64,000 nucleotides of DNA, taken from assembly GCF_006345805.1 (NCBI RefSeq), contig NC_043000.1, positions 132,246,001 to 132,310,000 on the forward strand, written 5' to 3'. Every line of letters starts with the position of its first letter. Within the stretch, counting starts at the first letter, position 1. The DNA is from Octopus sinensis. Its lineage: Eukaryota. A program made the translations under genes and the position numbers. Under the pieces are notes generated by a model. It saw only the letters and a program-made list of their open reading frames with translations, made no database searches and was not told the DNA's origin. Of the stretch, positions 1 to 12,810 are shown one piece after another.

Positions 1-25
1 TGTTGTTGTTGTTATTGTTATTAAG

Positions 26-240
26 ACATCAAGCTGGCAGGATTGTTAGCATGCTGAGCAAAATGCTTAGTGGCATCTCATCTGCTTTCATTTTCTGAGT
101 TCAAATTCTGCTGAAGTCAACTTTGCCATTCATCTCTTTTGTGAGGTGGTCTATAAAATAAGTACCAGTTGCATACTGATTTCAATGTAACTGACTAGCC
201 ACTTCTCCCAAAATTTCAGACCTTGTGCCTATAGTAGAAA
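26..240 (+). mobile_element. SINE family A (tRNA-like head), old CpG-decayed copy
   Basis: aagctggcag..gttagca..aaatgcttag..ttctgagttcaaattc..tttgccattcatc..aagtaccagt..gtgcctatagtagaaa matches many copies later in the window. Confidence 0.8.
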
Positions 241-279
241 GGATTATCATTATTATTATCATTATTATTTTTCATTTTA

Positions 280-545
280 CCTCAGGTTTTGTTGTAACTC
301 CTGGAGTCTTGCATGCATAGTGGGTTTGCTGCTTGCAACCTACAGTGTCATGCTATCTGCTCTTTTCAACTATAATCTGCCGATTATTTTGGCCATGCCA
401 AGGAGGCAAACCTTTTGTACTGGGCACTCTATTCTGATTTCCTTTATATTCCTCCTGATGCTTTCTGATATTTTCCCCAAGGACCCAACAATAATTAGCA
501 CTATCTTCATCTTTTTCATTTTCCCGAGCAGGGCTACTTTGTACT
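280..545 (-). mobile_element. R4/Dong-type non-LTR retrotransposon 3' end
   Basis: IIVGSLGKISE...VQKVCLLGMAKIIGRL, the C-terminal motif of RLE-type LINEs; bounded by (TAT)n. Confidence 0.65.
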
Positions 546-588
546 TAATTATTGTTATTACTATTATTATTATTATTATTATTATTAC

Positions 589-654
<66 letters not shown>

Positions 655-655
655 G
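545..655. repeat. (TAT)n microsatellite
   Basis: Direct reading. Confidence 0.98.
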
Positions 656-659
656 TGAT

Positions 660-2055
660 GAAAACTCACAGCTTATTTTGCTGGGTATGATGGAAAGTGT
701 CAGCTGTCCACAGTCAGCAGACTTTGGTGACATTTGTTTACTGGTCATGCTTCAAAAACCCTGTGAAGAATTCTTGCAGTTCCAAGCAATGCTGATTTTT
801 GTAAGTGTTCTACTTTCACACTTGCACTTGGTAGTTGAGTGCTGATGCTTCCAAGTGCACCAATTACTATTGGTATCACATCTACTCTCTTCATTGATCA
901 CAACCTTCGTATATTCCACTTCAAATTGTTATAGTTGTTTACTTTTTCTTCTTCTGTCACCAGGGCATGCTATGTCGATTATCACACATGTTCTTTCTTT
1001 TTTATTCACCACAACAATGTCTGGTTTTTGACATCTGGTCACATTGAATAATTGCATCCCACAGGATTTTGCAATTCTCATTTTCAGTGACTCCTTCTGA
1101 AGTTTTCTCATACCATGTCTTTACTCTTTGTAGGCCGTGATTTCCACAGAGCTCCCAATGGATCATTCTTGCCACATTGTCATGGCATCTTTTGTAAGTG
1201 CGTTGTGCCAATTTCAGGCATTTGCTAATGATGTGCCATACCATTTCATCCCCCTCACAACACATTCTGCATTTGTTACTTTCTGTAGTGTTGTCTATTC
1301 TGCACTTCTGATCCTTAATGCTTGTTCTTGAGCTGTGCATATGAGTGCTTCTATCTCTATCTTCAGGTCACTCCTCCTCATCCATAGCCATCAGTCCTCT
1401 GCATTTGTCTTGGTGTTCACTCTGGAAAATTGACCATACATTTTTTTTCTCCCATGCTTTTTCTTTTTTTTTTTTGTTCATTTCTTGTTTAAATTTTCTT
1501 TTGTTGCATAATTTTCAGTTTTGATGACACTAGCCTTCTTCGTGTGTTTCAACAGCGGCTCCACTGCATTATTTTACATGCCACCCTAGGCTGTTTTCCT
1601 CTGCTTTGATACAGCCCTGGAAACTAATGAAACCTCTTCCAATCTTTCTTGTGGACAAGTACAACCTATTGGTGTCACTCTTTGGGTAGAAGGCTATGTG
1701 TACTGTCAACATTTTTCTGGTCTTGTTATCCATTTTCTTCCCTTCTCTCTTTTGCCATTTTATAATTCCTGCTCCATACTAAAGTGATGCTATCACCCAC
1801 ATATTAACTGCTTGGATTTTATTCTATCCTGTCAATTTTGAGTGCAACACCAACCTCAGTCTTTGGAAATGCTTCATCCTCAGTTGCTCTTTCATTTTCT
1901 TTTCCATTATCTCATTGAACTCTAGTACACCAAGGTATTTGTATCCTTCCGTTTCAATTTGTTTAATCATGTCTCTATTCGGTAATGCTATCCCTGCAAG
2001 GGACTGTACCTTGTCTCTATTTAGGTAGATTATTCCACACTTCTTGAGTCCAAAA
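660..2055 (-). mobile_element. Degenerate R4/Dong-clade LINE (RT end, zinc knuckle, restriction-like endonuclease)
   Basis: FGLKKCG...EGYKYLGVLE (about 1915-2055, RT domains 6-7); KCRMCCEGDEMVWHIISKC...HDNVARMIHWELC (CCHC knuckle); KPDIVVVNKKERTCVIIDIACPGD (PD..D RLE motif). Frameshifted. Confidence 0.85.
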
Positions 2056-2104
2056 TTATTATTTTTACTATTACTATTATTATCATTATTATTGTTGTTG
2101 TTGT

Positions 2105-2415
2105 TGCCTTTGCACAGCTTCTAACGCTGAAGATGTACTACAGTGTCAGCTGTTCACTAGCAGTGAACTAAGGTAACACCTCTTATTTTTCGAGCACCTT
2201 CCGGAGTATTCAAGCGGTTCCAAGCAGTGCTGTTTTCTGCAAGTGCTCCACCCTTATTGCAGCCCCTATTTGTTCCATGTTCTTCTCGAGATTTTTGCTC
2301 ACTGTTCCCAGGGCTCCGACAATTATTGGTGCTACTGCTACCTTTTTCATCGACCACAACTGCTTAACTTCCCAAGCTAACCTGTTATATTTCTTGACTT
2401 TTCTTTCTTTCTTAT
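2105..2415 (-). mobile_element. 5'-truncated R4/Dong LINE copy in (ATT)n
   Basis: KYNRLAWEVKQLWSMKKVAVAPIIVGALGTVSKNLE...LQKTALLGTA; flanked by ATT/GTT repeats. Confidence 0.8.
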
Positions 2416-2426
2416 TATTTTTTATA

Positions 2427-2487
<61 letters not shown>

Positions 2488-2494
2488 GGAAAGA

Positions 2495-2790
2495 TTAGAT
2501 TCTATTAACCTGATATATTTGATAAACTGAAGGAGGTTCTTCACAAAAGGTATCAGCTTTTTGTTTATAAGTAGGTTCTTGTAGGATGTTTGAGTTAAAT
2601 TTTTCAAATTTTGCTTGGTCAAAGAAGTGAGCCCTCAATATATGTGTTCTCATAAAATCAACTGCCTTCTGCATTAAGCATTTGAGGTATATTTTCTTGG
2701 TGGAGAGAGGAATAGGAATATTCTTAGCTGAGATGTCTAGTTTTTGAGTGATCAAAGTGTATAAGCAGTTTGTGAGCATGCTTGCTGAAG
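2495..2790 (-). mobile_element. Penelope-like element N-terminal ORF fragment
   Basis: SAKNIPIPLSTKKIYLKCLMQKAVDFMRTHILRAHFF resembles the KNIPIP...EKxExFxRRMRWKAxFF motif recalled for marine-invertebrate PLE ORFs. Confidence 0.55.
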
Positions 2791-3839
2791 GATAGCATTG
2801 AGTACACCAGAGTATTACTAATTCATAGAAAGATGGTCAGGCTACTTTGAATAAAGAACTCCAAGTGAAAAGTCTGAGTATTAATAAGTTTCATTTATAA
2901 TATTGTTTAGAAGTATATAGTTAGCACCAACTTTTCTTCTAAAGCCCACATTGATATGACAGCCAACCCTTTTAAGTTACAGTACAATTCTCACACTTAC
3001 TCCTTTAGATACTTTAATATATCTAATCAAACCATTTTATCTGACCACAGCCATGATCAAAAAAGCAAATCCACATCATACAACCTCCGATGGCAAATCC
3101 TTTCTTGATCTAGATCCAATTCTGGGAGCAGAAAAATGTGCAACTTGTACCTACAAGAAAGCTTGGAAATATTCTTCTTCTGACATCCTTCTGAACAGAA
3201 TCACTGAAAGGACTCTCTCATGCATTCAAAGAATCCATAGGACATACAGACAATTCGACTTCTCTGATTACACCAATTGATTACCTACACTATTCCACTG
3301 TCCTCCCTATTCCACCTCCTTTCTTCACATACTGTTCCTTCATAAATCTTTCTCTCCATCTACCTAATTCTCTCAGCTGCCAACCCATTTCCACCTTCTT
3401 TGTTCCCCTGCATCTTTCATTAATCCTTACGCTACTGCAGCAATTCCATCTTCATTTGCACTGATATCATACTTACACCTATTTTGTCAACATCTGTTTA
3501 CACATAGCATTCATCTCCAAACACCTGTCATTGTCTATTGTCACAACACTATGAGACATTCTTAAGCAATTTCCTCTCTCATACTTGTATGTACCACATT
3601 TTACTTACTAACTTTTATTTTCTTTCACCTCTATTTTACTTTAATAATTTTTTCCATACCTCATCTATCCCTATCGCATTATTACCTTCCTTTATTTTCT
3701 TCTTCTTCTTAACATCATCATTATTAATATTAACACCCTCATTATCATTGTCATCATCATCGTCTTGTCATCATTATCCTCATCACCAACATCATCATGA
3801 CTACTTCATTATTGTTGTTGTTATTAGTATTATTATTAA

Positions 3840-4445
3840 GGTTTGGCTCAGGTTTAGTCTTATTCCTGGTAGAATTTATGTGGGTCATATCATAAAGAAA
3901 GAGGAAGGAAAACAAAAAGGAATACAATCCCTTAAAATTTGAAATAGGAAGAATTTGGAGCATGTGAACAGTAAAGGTTGTGCCAATAATAACTGGTGCA
4001 TTGGAACAGTAAGCAAAGATATAGACAAATGGCTAGGTATCCACAAATTTTCAGCAGTCTTTCAAGTGCTTAGAACCTTCCTGATAATCTTTGCTGTCCC
4101 TAAGAGATAAACTTTCTGTAGGATTTTACCAAGCATTCTATTTCAATCTCCTTCAGCCATTTGTCTATACCTTTGCTTACTGTTCCCAATACACCAATTA
4201 TTATAAGCATGGCCTTCACTGTTCACATTCTCCAGATTCTTTCTATTTCAAATTCTAAGGGTTTGTATTTCTTCCTCTTTCTTTATGATTCTGGAATCAA
4301 ACTGGCATGGTGGGTTGATTAGGAAACACATTTGCTTTGCCTTATCTATAATTGCTATGTCATTGTTATTTTGGTTTGCCTCAGGTTCAGTCTTATTCTC
4401 AGTAGAATTTATGTGAGTAGTGGGTTACTACCTTTAACCTAGGCT
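3840..4445. mobile_element. Two facing R4/Dong 3' fragments, one internally inverted
   Basis: Minus strand 4040-4440 reads DIAIIDKAKQMCFLI...SLGTAKIIRKVL. 3890-4030 is a + strand copy of the same segment. Confidence 0.7.
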
Positions 4446-4452
4446 GTCCACA

Positions 4453-4503
<51 letters not shown>

Positions 4504-4589
4504 GTTATTATTATTATTATTACCATCATCATCATCATCACCATTACCATCACCATCACCATCATCATCATCACCATCATCATCATCAT

Positions 4590-5117
4590 TGAGTGAGAGA
4601 GCAGTGCATGCCAGCAAAGTGACACTGGGGTAAAGTATACAAAGCCCAGTATACCCACCATGACTACCCGTCTAATAAGGGTACACCAGGAACATGCATC
4701 ATAACCATGTGCGTGCGACATGGTAATTTCATGTCAAGATAAACAGTGCATGACCTTGCAGGTGGGGCCCAGTTAGAATTTTCTTCATGTCAAGTAGTCC
4801 ATCCCGCTCAAAAGGTCCCTGAAAAAGGACTGTAAAGGATGTTGAATGAAACACCCATGTTTCCACAGGTGAATTATCCAAATCTCAAAGAAGTCTTCTC
4901 AACACATGAGTATGATGCTCGTGATCAGAGATGCACATATCATCAGCCATTAAGGGACATGCGCAAATGGTTAGGGTCAAACAATTGACAAGCAAATTTG
5001 TGGTTCTGAGCAGAATATTTGCTGTAGCCCATGTTTTATACCAAGACAAAACAATGTACATGATAACACTTCCAATCAGTTAAGATCAGAAGCCATGAGA
5101 GCCACTGCCTGGTACTG
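4590..5117 (-). mobile_element. About 520-bp interspersed repeat with (GAT)n tail, probable non-autonomous retroelement
   Basis: Non-coding segment between (CAT)n and (CTT)n; recalled as a common octopus repeat, not verified. Confidence 0.45.
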
Positions 5118-5119
5118 CT

Positions 5120-5216
5120 GCTGCTTCTTCTTCTTCTTCTTCTTCTTCTTCTTCTTCTTCTTCTTCTTCTTCTTCTTCTTCTTCTTCTTCTTCTTCTTCT
5201 TCTTCTTCTTCTTCTT

Positions 5217-5286
<70 letters not shown>
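5120..5286. repeat. Compound (CTT)n-(TTA)n microsatellite
   Basis: Direct reading. Confidence 0.98.
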
Positions 5287-5287
<1 letters not shown>

Positions 5288-5289
5288 GA

Positions 5290-5745
5290 AAGCCTCTTGG
5301 ATAGTTCTTAATTACTGGTTATTCCTTACTTAAAAGCAGGTAATAACAAATCACCAAAGGTTTCAAATAGTGCCTTTTCCTGTAACTCAAAGAGACAACA
5401 GCGTTCTTGAAATGTGAGCTCTACCCAACAATGCTGTCTTCTGGATCACCTTGAGCCTGACAGCAGCTCCAATATTCTTAATATGTTTTTAAAAGCCCTT
5501 GGAAACTGCTGCTAATGCTCCAATTACCACTGGTATTACCATTACCATGCCCAAGAAGTTTCCTATCTTGTCTGGCAGTGGCTGGTATTTCTCAATATCT
5601 TGTTATTTTTTACATTTCATCCTTGAATCTCCTGATATTGCATCTCACCTCTATGATTCGGATGTACTGTATGTTAAAATCCTAGAGTATTTTGTAATGT
5701 TCATTTTCCATTACTCCCTCTGGCTTGTGTTCATACTCTCTCAAC
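5290..5745 (-). mobile_element. Degenerate R4/Dong 3' fragments
   Basis: VIQKTALLGRAHISRTLLSL* on the minus strand; bounded by (TTA)n on both sides. Confidence 0.65.
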
Positions 5746-5751
5746 TATCTA

Positions 5752-5796
<45 letters not shown>

Positions 5797-6958
5797 TCAA
5801 TTATTAAGTTGTCTTATTTCTATTGTATGTTCTCATTTCATTATTGAGTTAGCTGAATGTGCTTTGGGTATGTGTAGTGTTTTGTTTTGGTTTAGTCATT
5901 TTTACTGTATTGAATGTACCTCATGCAATACTTGTGTAACGTCTAACCATGTCATGATTCTGTACTAAATGTTTTAGTAGTCCAAGAGTGGATATTTTGC
6001 ACTAGTGTTCTAATTGCATAAGAGCCCTACCACCTTGTATTAATGATGAATATAATTTTGCAATGTCAAGATTTTGGGTAGAGTGTCTATTCTCATTATT
6101 CTCACTGTTTCCCTGCTAGCTGATCTAATATGTTTAGTTTTCAATTGAAAATATCAACATTGCAATTTATTACTGGGACAGCTAGTGTGTTGATGCATAT
6201 TAACTTGTTTTTTTGCATTAAGCTTGTTTTAAAGTATTGATCTAATGCATCTGAAATATTCCTTCCCTACCTTTTCTTTCATTTGTGTGTCTTGTATATA
6301 TGTATATAAATATACATATTTGTATATGTGTGGTGGTTGTCACCTTCTGTACCTACACATTAGAACCATCAAGGCATCTGATGTGGCTTTTTAAACCAGA
6401 CGATATTTTGAAAAGACACCCACATAGATTGCATATATAATTTGGACCATCAAGAGCAGCAGTTAAGTTCTGATCTTTGCTATCCATTTGTGACCAAGGA
6501 CCATCGCTGACCATTCCACATGCAAAATGTCAACAATGCCTGTGGAAAATGTTAGGTTCAATAAGACTTGCACAACACCTCATAGACCCTCTCCAAGCAA
6601 TTGACATGATCTAGAGACAAGCCAACACAAAATATTTAGTTACAATATGGGCTGCAGGCTCAGGAATGTGAGAGCACCTTGATCTCAAGTGCAAGCAAAA
6701 TGTTCCTAAAATGTCCAATGTCATTCCCTGCATATCAGAATGACCTTCCTCTACTCCTTGTGGTCTTCCAACATACCAGACACCAACCCAAAATTTCTGG
6801 GTGCCCATGCTATTGCTAGATAGTTGTTGAACCTACACTGGGTTTGTAATTCCTTTTGATAGGTCTTATATAGGTCCAGCTCATACCAGCATGGAAGACA
6901 GACATTAAATGATAATGATGATGATACACACATATTTGTTTATCTATATTATCTACGC

Positions 6959-6959
<1 letters not shown>

Positions 6960-7023
<64 letters not shown>

Positions 7024-7046
7024 AGCTTATGTAATGTATATGTGAT

Positions 7047-7086
<40 letters not shown>

Positions 7087-7296
7087 GCAAATATATAGTA
7101 GTGAATTAAATTGATTTATCTAGTAAACGTCAAAAGACTAAGTCCATTAATTTCAAAGCTACAAATTGGAATTATATTAAATGGAGCCAATCTACAATCA
7201 AAAGATAAAGTTAAATGATAAGGTGCGTCAAAAGTAACGTAGTAAAAATGTTATGAAAGGAAATTAGGGTAAAGATAAGTAAGTCAAATAAGTGAC

Positions 7297-7346
<50 letters not shown>
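6960..7346. repeat. (AT)n, (GT)n, (GA)n and (GATA)n microsatellite cluster
   Basis: Direct reading. Confidence 0.95.
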
Positions 7347-7347
<1 letters not shown>

Positions 7348-9169
7348 GAGTGACAAAAAGAGAGGAAGTGAGAGAGTGAGTGAGATGGAGGGAAAGTGAA
7401 AGAACAGTCGTAGTTTAACTAGTAATATCCTTGTCATAGGATATCGTGTGTGGCATGCTTCCTACTTCCTTACATACATGAGATATATCTATGCCCCAGT
7501 TAGAATGTTTACCTATTACTTAATAGAAAGCCCGGTAATTTTTCTCCAGCTGAGTAAACTGAGGTTGTTGTTATTGTTGTTTAACAATAAGTTTGCATGA
7601 TAGATCTGATCTATGACCAAAGGAATTCTGACCATAGCCATACAGTATCAATTCCCTATGATTACATTATGCATTGTGAACTCCTGTTTTAAAGGCTGCA
7701 GGTTTTAATTTGAGGGAGATTTCGTGAGAATTAAAAAGTTTTTCTAGGAAGTGGAGTGGTTGTTTTGAAGATCACTACCTGAAGTAAAAAGGTTTCACTA
7801 TCCATTAGCCCAATATGAAGTGTTATCATTTATAGGAAAATTATTAATACATTGTTAATGGTCATCTCTTTAATTTTCAGAAATAAAACTTTAATCCCCA
7901 CCCCTGTTGTTAATGTTTTTGCTATGTTATATATTTTTTTATCCGAGAAGTTTACAGGGTGATTTCGTCGACTGATATTTCCTCCTAAAGAAATATAACT
8001 TGAATTATTAATATTCTATGTAAACATAAATCTATAAATAGATTTCCTGGAATAAGAGGGATAACTCTAAATAACTGGTCAAAATAATATCAGTAATTCT
8101 TCAAAACTAGCTCGGTAATTACAAAATTCGATTTATTAACAGGATGCAACGTTTTACATCACTTGGCTTTGTTAAGCTAATTTCAGTTTCGGGACTTGCC
8201 AAATTATTCGATTAAATATAGCGTAAAAGCATTATAAATTATGCTTATCAATCAAGAAAAGTATTAAAAAAATATATTGATTATAATTTATTATGCAACG
8301 ATATCAATGTAAGATCATGACATTGTTTTGTTCAATATTATTGTTTTGTAATAGCCATATTGCTAATGATTTTATACACGAATGAGAGATTCAGTTCAGT
8401 TTTGAAAAAAAAACAAACCCCAAATTTATTATCTTTTTTGATAGAGAATTGTAAATTAGTTATAAAGATTTTTATCGATATATAATACTCGTTTATATAT
8501 ATTACATTTCGTACTTGTATACAAACAGACATTTTGCATTTATGTTCGTATAATTGTCAAAGTGAAAATAATGCATAATTATTTCCTAAATTCATAATTT
8601 TATGAACAAAAATAGTAAGTTTATTAAAATAAGTGAAGTAATAATATTTTTTATATAAAAAATATTTATTATATTGTTTGTGTAAAATATAAAAGAAAAA
8701 TTATAAAAAGTAATTCAATAAAAGGTATTGGATTATCTGCCCATTATTTAGGTTTTCTTTCATTTTATTTTGAAAAAGCCATGCAACACAAGGGAGATAA
8801 TTATCGAACACTAGTGTCTTTGTTTGTGATGCATTATTATTGCATCATTGGTGGACATTAAAATTTTTTAAAATTAAAATATTGTATGATTATTTTTCAT
8901 CTACATGTTAGAAATTCAGAAACATGCTCAAGAATGATATTTATTGTTGTAATTACATGTTTTTTTAAAAAATATTTTTTATTATATCCTATTCAATAAA
9001 ATCTTATAATGTTCCTTGGAATGAAGTATATTAAAAAACTAATTGAAAATATCTAAGAAAACTTAAAAAGTATTCATTAAAGTGTATTTATGAAGAAAAA
9101 AAAACAAATTCGAAATATTTGAAGGGACATAATCGATTCTAGTTTGTTGAGTTTATTATTCATAGTGTA

Positions 9170-9299
9170 CTTATGGTTGCTTCTAAAAGTTGGCACCGGA
9201 CTAGGTTTTCGGTGACGGAATAAGAGCGATTATTTGATTCCTGCGCAGTTTCAGGCTGACAGCTTCACTAAAGTGTTGTTGAGGTGTCAAATCGGCAGC
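9170..9299 (+). promoter_or_regulatory. AIMP2 core promoter / 5' UTR region
   Basis: CpG-retaining, locally GC-richer segment just upstream of the first ATG, after a very AT-rich tract (8.2-9.1 kb). TSS not determinable. Confidence 0.5.
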
Positions 9300-9452
9300 A
9301 TGTCTTCTTCGGAGCCGTCGTTTCCGTCTGTAGCCGATAGCGGCGAAATGTACCATGTAAAACCATACCACTCTTTTAATAATATGAATCTGAAGACGTC
9401 TGAAGATATGTATTATGTTAAACGAATTACCAAAGCTCATGAAAAAGCCGAT
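9300..9452 (+). CDS. AIMP2: AIMP2 coding exon 1 (51 aa)
   Basis: MSSSEPSFPSVADSGEMYHVKPYH...EDMYYVKRI resembles the AIMP2 N-terminus (human MPMYQVKPYH...CMYRL). ATG at 9300 has A at -3. Phase-0 donor GAT|gtgagt at 9452/9453. Region is CpG-rich. Confidence 0.85.
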
Positions 9453-12432
9453 GTGAGTAAATTTCAATTGATGTTCATTTTAGATGATACTTTTGGTTTC
9501 AGTATTTATTAGCACGTGTCACTTTTCTATTTTCTGTGACTCGTCGTCAATACTCGAAGCTCGAGATGCTGTGTTTTTAAACAGATTTGATTCAACTTTA
9601 ACTTTTACATATAATACAAGAATAAATTTGGTCGTAAGATCACCTAAATTTGTTTCTGAAATTACAAACAACGCAGTACTTTAAACATTTTCGAAAGAAA
9701 CTGTTCTTAATCTCAACCAACAGACATTTTGTTGTGACATGTTTGTTTGTAAAGGAATTCACTTTCATTAATTGTTACGTCATCCGTCTTGTTAAAAACT
9801 ATTTTACATTTGGTTTATCCCATTTCTTGTGAATATGATCCAATAATGCATTGATTATGAAAAACTTCTGGCCGAAGCTATTTAGCAAAACATGCAGCGA
9901 AGCAAACAAGATGTTAGTGTACATGTCTAACATATTTCATCATCCTACTAGTATTTTCATGTTCTAGCATAAAAATCAACACTCACTTCCTCTCTGCCTA
10001 TATATTTAGTATATATTATATATATATATATAAATTTATGTTCTAAAAATTTATTTAAAACAAAATTTATTCGTCATTTTATTTGATATCACTTGTAGAA
10101 ATCATGAAATCATGTTCTAGTTAATCATTCAAGCAGAACCACACTTAGACTCATGATCCATGAAAATTACTACCAAATAATGCTATTTAGCCTCAATGTA
10201 GTTTACAGTCTACACTAAAGTTAGTTCTGTTATGTTTCTGACGTCTTGGTTATAATTTTAAATTCAATTTCACTTTGTAACCACTGCTACTATTATGGCT
10301 AGTATCCTAAGAAATGGCGCTTCAAAATCAATTTGCACTACTTTCCACAAGCCCATGGCAATCAGTATCAGAGCGAATGAATTTTTATTCGCTTAGTGAA
10401 AACAGGAATAATTGTCATGGCCTTTGTAGGCCCAGTCTACTGGTGGCATTGATATCGTTAATATTCTGCTTCAACTGTTGCAAGCCGGCAGTTGCAGGGA
10501 AGACGTGCAGGAAGTAGAATTGTAAGGGACGATGTTCTGGATGGAAAAACTTGGGTGGAGTGAGGTTTCGAGGTGAGTGAGTGTAATCGATACATATGAG
10601 AAGAGATGAGAGCCGAGAATGAAACGAAGAGCTTTGGATGCGATTTTGTGTCTTCGAGCATCAATATTTATTTTTGTATTAAAATTAGTTATTGAATCAG
10701 GGTGCACTGGAGGTGTTGGATTTTTTAAACGGATTTCTGAAAGTAATTTCATGTTACGTGAAAAGAATCGAATAAATAATTCACTCAGTATCTTTACTTT
10801 CATCACGACCTCCTTAAGGGACTGTCTTTTTCCTTACAGGAAATCAAAGAATTAACTTGTTTATTTATCTCATAATGGTTAAGTGGGGGATGGCAGACTG
10901 CAAGTACTGTTCTATGATGTTGGAATGGACACTTTAGTTTGTCTTCAATTTGCCTGGGTAGTTAGATAAAGGATCACCTCCTTCCAGATTGTGCCTAACT
11001 CCTTGTCACCCCATAGACGAAGCATCTATAGAATTTTCTGGAGAGATATAAAGATGGGTTACCTTGCCAAAGCATACAACAAGAATTAAACTCAGTACTG
11101 CAAACGAAGGAACAGGATGTTTTGGCTATAATTGACTGTAAAAATGAAAGGATATTAAATCATTAACCCTCATCTGACGCTGTATTATCTAGGTTATGTT
11201 TCATGTTTCAGACTTAAATAATCAATACAATTTGGAAAACAGCAGAATTTGATAGGTTGCATAAGTGTCTTAAGAACGAAAAAATGTTTGGCAATACATT
11301 TTGTTGATGCAAGCATGGCTGTGTAGTTAAGAAATTTGCTTTGCAACTACAGGTTTTGAGTTTGAGCCGACTGTGTGAACCTTGGACGCTTTTCTTCTGT
11401 CATAGTTTCAGGTTAAAGCTGTCTGAATGTAAGTTGGTAGACAGAAACACTGGATGCCTGTTGGAGGGAACCATTCCTGTTCTGATATGGTCAGCAGCTG
11501 ACTGACTGCTCTTAGCAGAGTCCACTCTGTTGCAAGCATTTGGGCCCAGTCTTCAGTCATGGCAGCCTCTGACTAACCCAGTAAAAAAACAAAAACACTA
11601 AAGGAAATGGGTTCATCTCCACTTTAATCTTCTGGAAATAGTTTATCTTGGGTAGGAAATTTTCAGATAGTCTTACCTGTGGAATAACTAAACTCATATT
11701 CAGGAGTGAAATGTTCTTTATCTGCCTAACATTATTAAACCTTCACAAATCTCTGGCCAATAGTCACATACCTCCGAAATGGTTCAGTTAACCTAGCTGT
11801 TAATATTCTTGTAAGGTGCTTTAATTCACAGTAAATAGCATTAGCACTGTAAAATTTACAGTGTAAAACTTAGCATGTAATTTCATTTTAAACTCAACAT
11901 GACATGTTAAACTGGTTGTCCTCATATATGACATAAATGTGAAGTATTTCTTTGCTCAAGGACGCAGTGAGTTATTAGACACACCAGAATACCTCATAAT
12001 ACTTACAAAGCAATACATTATATTTAGATCATTGCTAGAATACTTAAGATATAAATTTTGAGATCTAGATATCGGAAGCTTTTTAGTAATAAAGCTGTCA
12101 AAAGGAGTAAATTTACTATTTTCTGTGCTTGCATGAAAACATAGAATAAGGAATCTGATATATTGCTTAGTTCTGGTTTACTGTTGAAACTTAATTAAAC
12201 TTAATTTCAGTAGGACATTAGAATCATCTCTGATTCTAGTATGTGGCAGTGTGGTAGTGATTATCTAACTCTTATGGAATTAACAGCTGCGACATTTTCT
12301 TTTCCTGGATAGAAACACCTATTTAACCAGGTATTGTCTGACAAAATATTTCTTTTTCACATTACTGTTTGAAGTAGTGAACTGAATCACCTTATGGTAT
12401 TTGTCTTCAATAAAGAACAAAAGTATCCAATT

Positions 12433-12810
12433 AGGCATAGGAGTGGCTGTGTGGTAAGTAGCTTGCTTATGAACCATATGGTTCCAGGTTCAATCCCACT
12501 GCATGGCTCCTTGGGCAAGTGTCTTCTAATATAGCCTCAGGTCGACCAAAGCCTTGTGAGTGGATTTGGTAGACGGAAACTGAAAGAAACCCGTTGTATA
12601 TATGTGTGTGTATATGTTTGTATGTCTGTGTTTGTCCCCCAACATTGCTTGACAACAGATGCTGGTGTGTTTACGTCCCCATAACTTAGCAGTTTGGCAA
12701 AAGAGACCCATAGAATAAGTACTAGGCTTACAAAGAATAAGTCCTGGTGTCGATTTGCTCAATTAAAGGCAGTGCTCCAGCATGACCACAGACAACAAAA
12801 GAGTAAAGAG
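12433..12810 (+). mobile_element. SINE family B (CORE-SINE, octopus OR-like), full length
   Basis: Head ggctgtgtggtaag..ggttcaatcccactg, CORE-like ccttgggcaagtgtcttc, internal (TG/TA)n, tail ggtgctccagcatg..gagtaaagag. OR assignment is from memory. Confidence 0.85.

Noticed and set aside
320-845. ORFs with poly-Ile, poly-Leu and poly-Asn runs (also 2277-2498, 4399-4721, 5095-5289, 5499-5807, 53370-53795)
   Set aside because: Translations of trinucleotide microsatellites and adjacent LINE debris.
3053-3280. 75-aa ORF with CxxC (KCATC), possibly a PLE GIY-YIG flank
   Set aside because: Similarity too weak to call without a search; likely TE debris, as is the purine-rich 20650-20930 segment.
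7700-7800. Minus-strand acceptor cctttttacttcag as a possible exon of a divergent gene
   Set aside because: All three downstream frames stop quickly and run into an interspersed repeat.
10314-10855. Overlapping ORFs and a strong donor GAG|gtgagt near 10573
   Set aside because: No recognisable protein motif; the frames just upstream of the donor contain stops.
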